Source of the DNA: Nostoc punctiforme PCC 73102 | Lineage (GTDB): Bacteria; Cyanobacteriota; Cyanobacteriia; Cyanobacteriales; Nostocaceae | Assembly: GCF_000020025.1 (NCBI RefSeq) | Contig: NC_010628.1 | Location: 1,380,001 to 1,412,000 of the forward strand | Length of the DNA: 32,000 bases | Direction of reading: 5' to 3' | Notes under the pieces: generated by a model | Database searches by the model: none | What the model saw: only the letters and a program-made list of their open reading frames with translations | What the model was told of the DNA's origin: nothing | Translations under genes and position numbers: made by a program | Shown: positions 31,212-32,000 of the stretch, in pieces | How positions within the stretch are numbered: the first letter of the stretch is position 1 | Layout: every line of letters begins with the position of its first letter

Positions 31212-32000
31212 ATGTTGGACACATGGACGCTACTCATCATTGATGATTGTGCAGCAGATCGGAAAATCTATCGCCGATATCTGTTGAAAGATCCGCACCA
31301 GTCCTACCAAATTTTGGAGGCAGACTGTGCAGAAGAAGGACTTGCTTTGTGCCAAAAAATCCGATGTGATGCCATTCTGCTGGATTTTTGCCTACCTGAT
31401 ATGAGTGGGATAGAACTCTTCGATCAGATGCAGCAGGAGATATTTAAGACTTCTGTACCTGTGATTATGTTGACAGGGCGGGGTGATGAAGAGGTGGCTG
31501 TGCAAGTAATGAAACGGGGTGCGCTGGATTATTTGGTTAAGCATAATCTGACACAGGATGTACTGCAATTAGCAGTCCGTAATGCCATCAAGCAATCATG
31601 TTTGCAAGCCCAACTCAGCAAAACTCAGGAAAGACAGCGCTTAATTGCGACAACTGCTTTACGAATTCGCCAGTCTCTTAACCTAGAGCAAATTTTGAAT
31701 ACAGCTGTAGCAGAGGTACAGCAACTTCTAAAGTGCGATCGCGTGATGGTGTATCAGTTCGCCCCAGATACTGACGGTAAAATAGTTGCCTCATCAGTTG
31801 AGTCATTCCGCACTGTAGCATTGTGCGATCGCGTCGCGGCTGGGGAAGAAGTAGGGGAACTCTTAGCTGGGAGCAGGGGTAAAATTCCTCTCCTCTGCAC
31901 CCTTCCTCCTGCTCCCCTGCCTAATCCCCAATCCCCAATCCCTTATATTTATGAGCTTGGGTTGTGTAATTGTGTCAGCCTGAAAGAGCAATTTAATACT
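31212..32000 (+). CDS. Response-regulator receiver + GAF domain protein (partial, continues past the window end)
   Basis: Hand translation from ATG 31212 stays open to 32000 (263 codons): MLDTWTLLIIDDCAADR...ILLDFCLPDMSG...MLTGRGDE...GALDYLVK (receiver), then ERQRLIATTALRIRQSLNLEQILNTAVAEVQQLLKCDRVMVYQF (GAF start). It is absent from the ORF track, presumably because no stop lies in the window. Confidence 0.8.
   Translation, partial: MLDTWTLLIIDDCAADRKIYRRYLLKDPHQSYQILEADCAEEGLALCQKIRCDAILLDFCLPDMSGIELFDQMQQEIFKTSVPVIMLTGRGDEEVAVQVMKRGALDYLVKHNLTQDVLQLAVRNAIKQSCLQAQLSKTQERQRLIATTALRIRQSLNLEQILNTAVAEVQQLLKCDRVMVYQFAPDTDGKIVASSVESFRTVALCDRVAAGEEVGELLAGSRGKIPLLCTLPPAPLPNPQSPIPYIYELGLCNCVSLKEQFNT
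31841..31943. repeat. Second in-frame copy of the G-rich + CCCCAAT composite repeat, inside the GAF domain
   Basis: tggggaagaagtaggggaactcttagctgggagcaggggtaaaattcctctcctctgcacccttcctcctgctcccctgcctaatccccaatccccaatccc. Internal 9-bp inverted repeat GGGAGCAGG (31870-31878) / CCTGCTCCC (31908-31916). Confidence 0.65.

Overview
This 32-kb chromosomal window comes from a Nostocales-type (filamentous, heterocyst-forming-like) cyanobacterium. The taxon is inferred from three things: the HIP1 palindrome GCGATCGC recurs throughout (e.g. 1040-1047); STRR-type heptamer tandem repeats are present (ACAAATG at 7305-7349, CCCCAAT at 30162-30175 and 31926-31939); and the gene content fits (cytochrome c6, Cph1-type phytochrome, GUN4 domain, plant-type ferredoxin). 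I support about 31 protein-coding genes, one tRNA-Ser(GGA) and two gene remnants. I found no rRNA, CRISPR array, transposase or integrase.

Layout:
- 42-5209: housekeeping genes (DUF892 protein, tRNA-Ser, Fed2-like ferredoxin, lipoprotein nuclease, IMPase-family protein, J-domain/TPR protein, hisZ).
- 5210-6650: a small accessory islet (PIN remnant, intact vapBC, GUN4-domain ORF).
- 6813-8065: a 7Fe-type ferredoxin and a LivF/NatE-type ABC ATPase.
- 8066-9457: a 1.4-kb stretch with no ORF track entry (none of 60 aa or more), holding a decayed histidine-kinase gene.
- 9458-15925: petJ, a TPR protein, a Uma2 nuclease, a TonB-dependent receptor, a GNAT and a small secreted protein.
- 15926-18445: an 839-aa EIIA(Dha)-HPr-Enzyme I fusion.
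- 18534-20700: an AT-rich stretch with a DUF2233-like secreted protein, a 42-bp tandem-repeat array and a conserved hypothetical gene.
- 20895-27794: an Eis-like GNAT, a 698-aa MauG-like di-haem peroxidase, an EamA transporter and a DUF1400 alpha/beta hydrolase.
- 28076-32000: a light-sensing cluster (phytochrome kinase, Rcp1-like receiver, and a receiver-GAF protein that runs off the window).

I did not find a complete, clearly novel multi-gene system. The best leads are:
- a phytochrome whose canonical Cys-His chromophore dyad reads Cys-Cys;
- in-frame G-rich/CCCCAAT repeat insertions inside the catalytic domains of two adjacent sensor genes;
- a self-contained PTS phosphorelay fusion with no dhaK/dhaL in the window;
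- a helically phased 42-bp repeat array with dyad-symmetric motifs;
- an expanded MauG-like peroxidase with Tyr at the distal-ligand position.

All functional calls rest on motif recognition from memory. No database search or computation beyond hand translation and counting was possible.
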